Assembly (NCBI RefSeq): GCF_006345805.1
Contig: NC_043015.1
Span: 40,238,001 to 40,302,000 of the forward strand
DNA: 64,000 bases
Origin: Octopus sinensis
Taxonomy: Eukaryota
Direction: 5' to 3'
The notes beneath the pieces were generated by a model. That model made no database searches. It had not been told where the DNA came from and saw nothing but the letters and a program-made list of their open reading frames with translations. This document shows, piece by piece, positions 63,345 through 64,000 of this stretch (positions are counted from its first letter, which is position 1; the number at the start of each line of letters is the position of its first letter). A program made the position numbers and the translations under genes.

Positions 63345-64000
63345 GGTGGTAGTGGTGGTATGTATAGCCCTTGGTCAGTCCTGATGGAACAGACCAATAA
63401 TCAAAGCCAGTCTAGTCCTGACCATCCTGTCTTGTTTATAACACTTCTTAGAAACTATCCAATCTGATTTATTTGCTCAATATTTAAGACAATAAGATGC
63501 AATTCAAGGGAGATTTGGCTGTTGTTTCCAGCAGGTCAAGCAACTGTTAGCTTATAACTACAAGTACAACATCAGTTTCCTGGAATCTCTATTTCCAAAG
63601 CCTTTCCAGATCATTGATCCTTCCAAAGCAGGGGTGGTCACCTTGGTCAACACACTCTAAATTAAGCAAATATTAAATTTCCTTAATCAATTAAATGAAA
63701 TAGCGGCCCATCAGGGTTAATTAGTGCAGATTATAAGCGGTTCCGAACCGTTGGTGTCAAGGAACACTGTGTTGCACCCATATAGTTCTTTACTCTTTTA
63801 CTTGTTTCAGACATTTGATTGCGGCCATGCTGGAGCACTGCCTTTAGTCGAGTAAATCGACCCCAGGACTTATTCTTTGTAAGCCTAGTGCTTATTCTAT
63901 CGGTCTCTTTTGCCAAACCGCTGAGTAACGCGAACGTAAACACACCAGCATCGATTGTCAAGCGATGTTGGGTGGCGACAAACATATACACACACACACA

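Overview
Eukaryotic, AT-rich, microsatellite-dense genomic DNA. The repeat families look like those of an octopus; this is recognition from memory, not a database match. The first 34.3 kb hold the 3' 19 coding exons of a plus-strand anoctamin/TMEM16 gene. All introns are GT-AG, the phases are consistent, and the exons give about 663 aa covering TM1-TM10 plus the stop at 34309-34311; the 5' exons lie upstream of the window. The Ca2+-ligand residues are intact and TM5 carries the TMEM16F-type Gln. I found no other host gene. The introns and the 30 kb downstream are filled with tRNA-derived SINEs, 3' ends of RTE LINEs (one BovB-like), an R4/Dong-type LINE fragment sitting in (TAA)n, non-autonomous Helitrons, MITEs with intact target-site duplications, and long micro- and minisatellites. 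Most ORF-track entries are repeat artefacts. Best leads: (1) a near-complete type I hammerhead ribozyme motif on the sense strand of an anoctamin intron (12386-12446), plus several decayed hammerhead-like motifs, one set in a ~300-bp tandem duplication; (2) several elements embedded in (TAA)n, one abutting a splice acceptor; (3) 222-nt and 783-nt AG-free zones before two exons; (4) four DNA transposons of different types within 2 kb.
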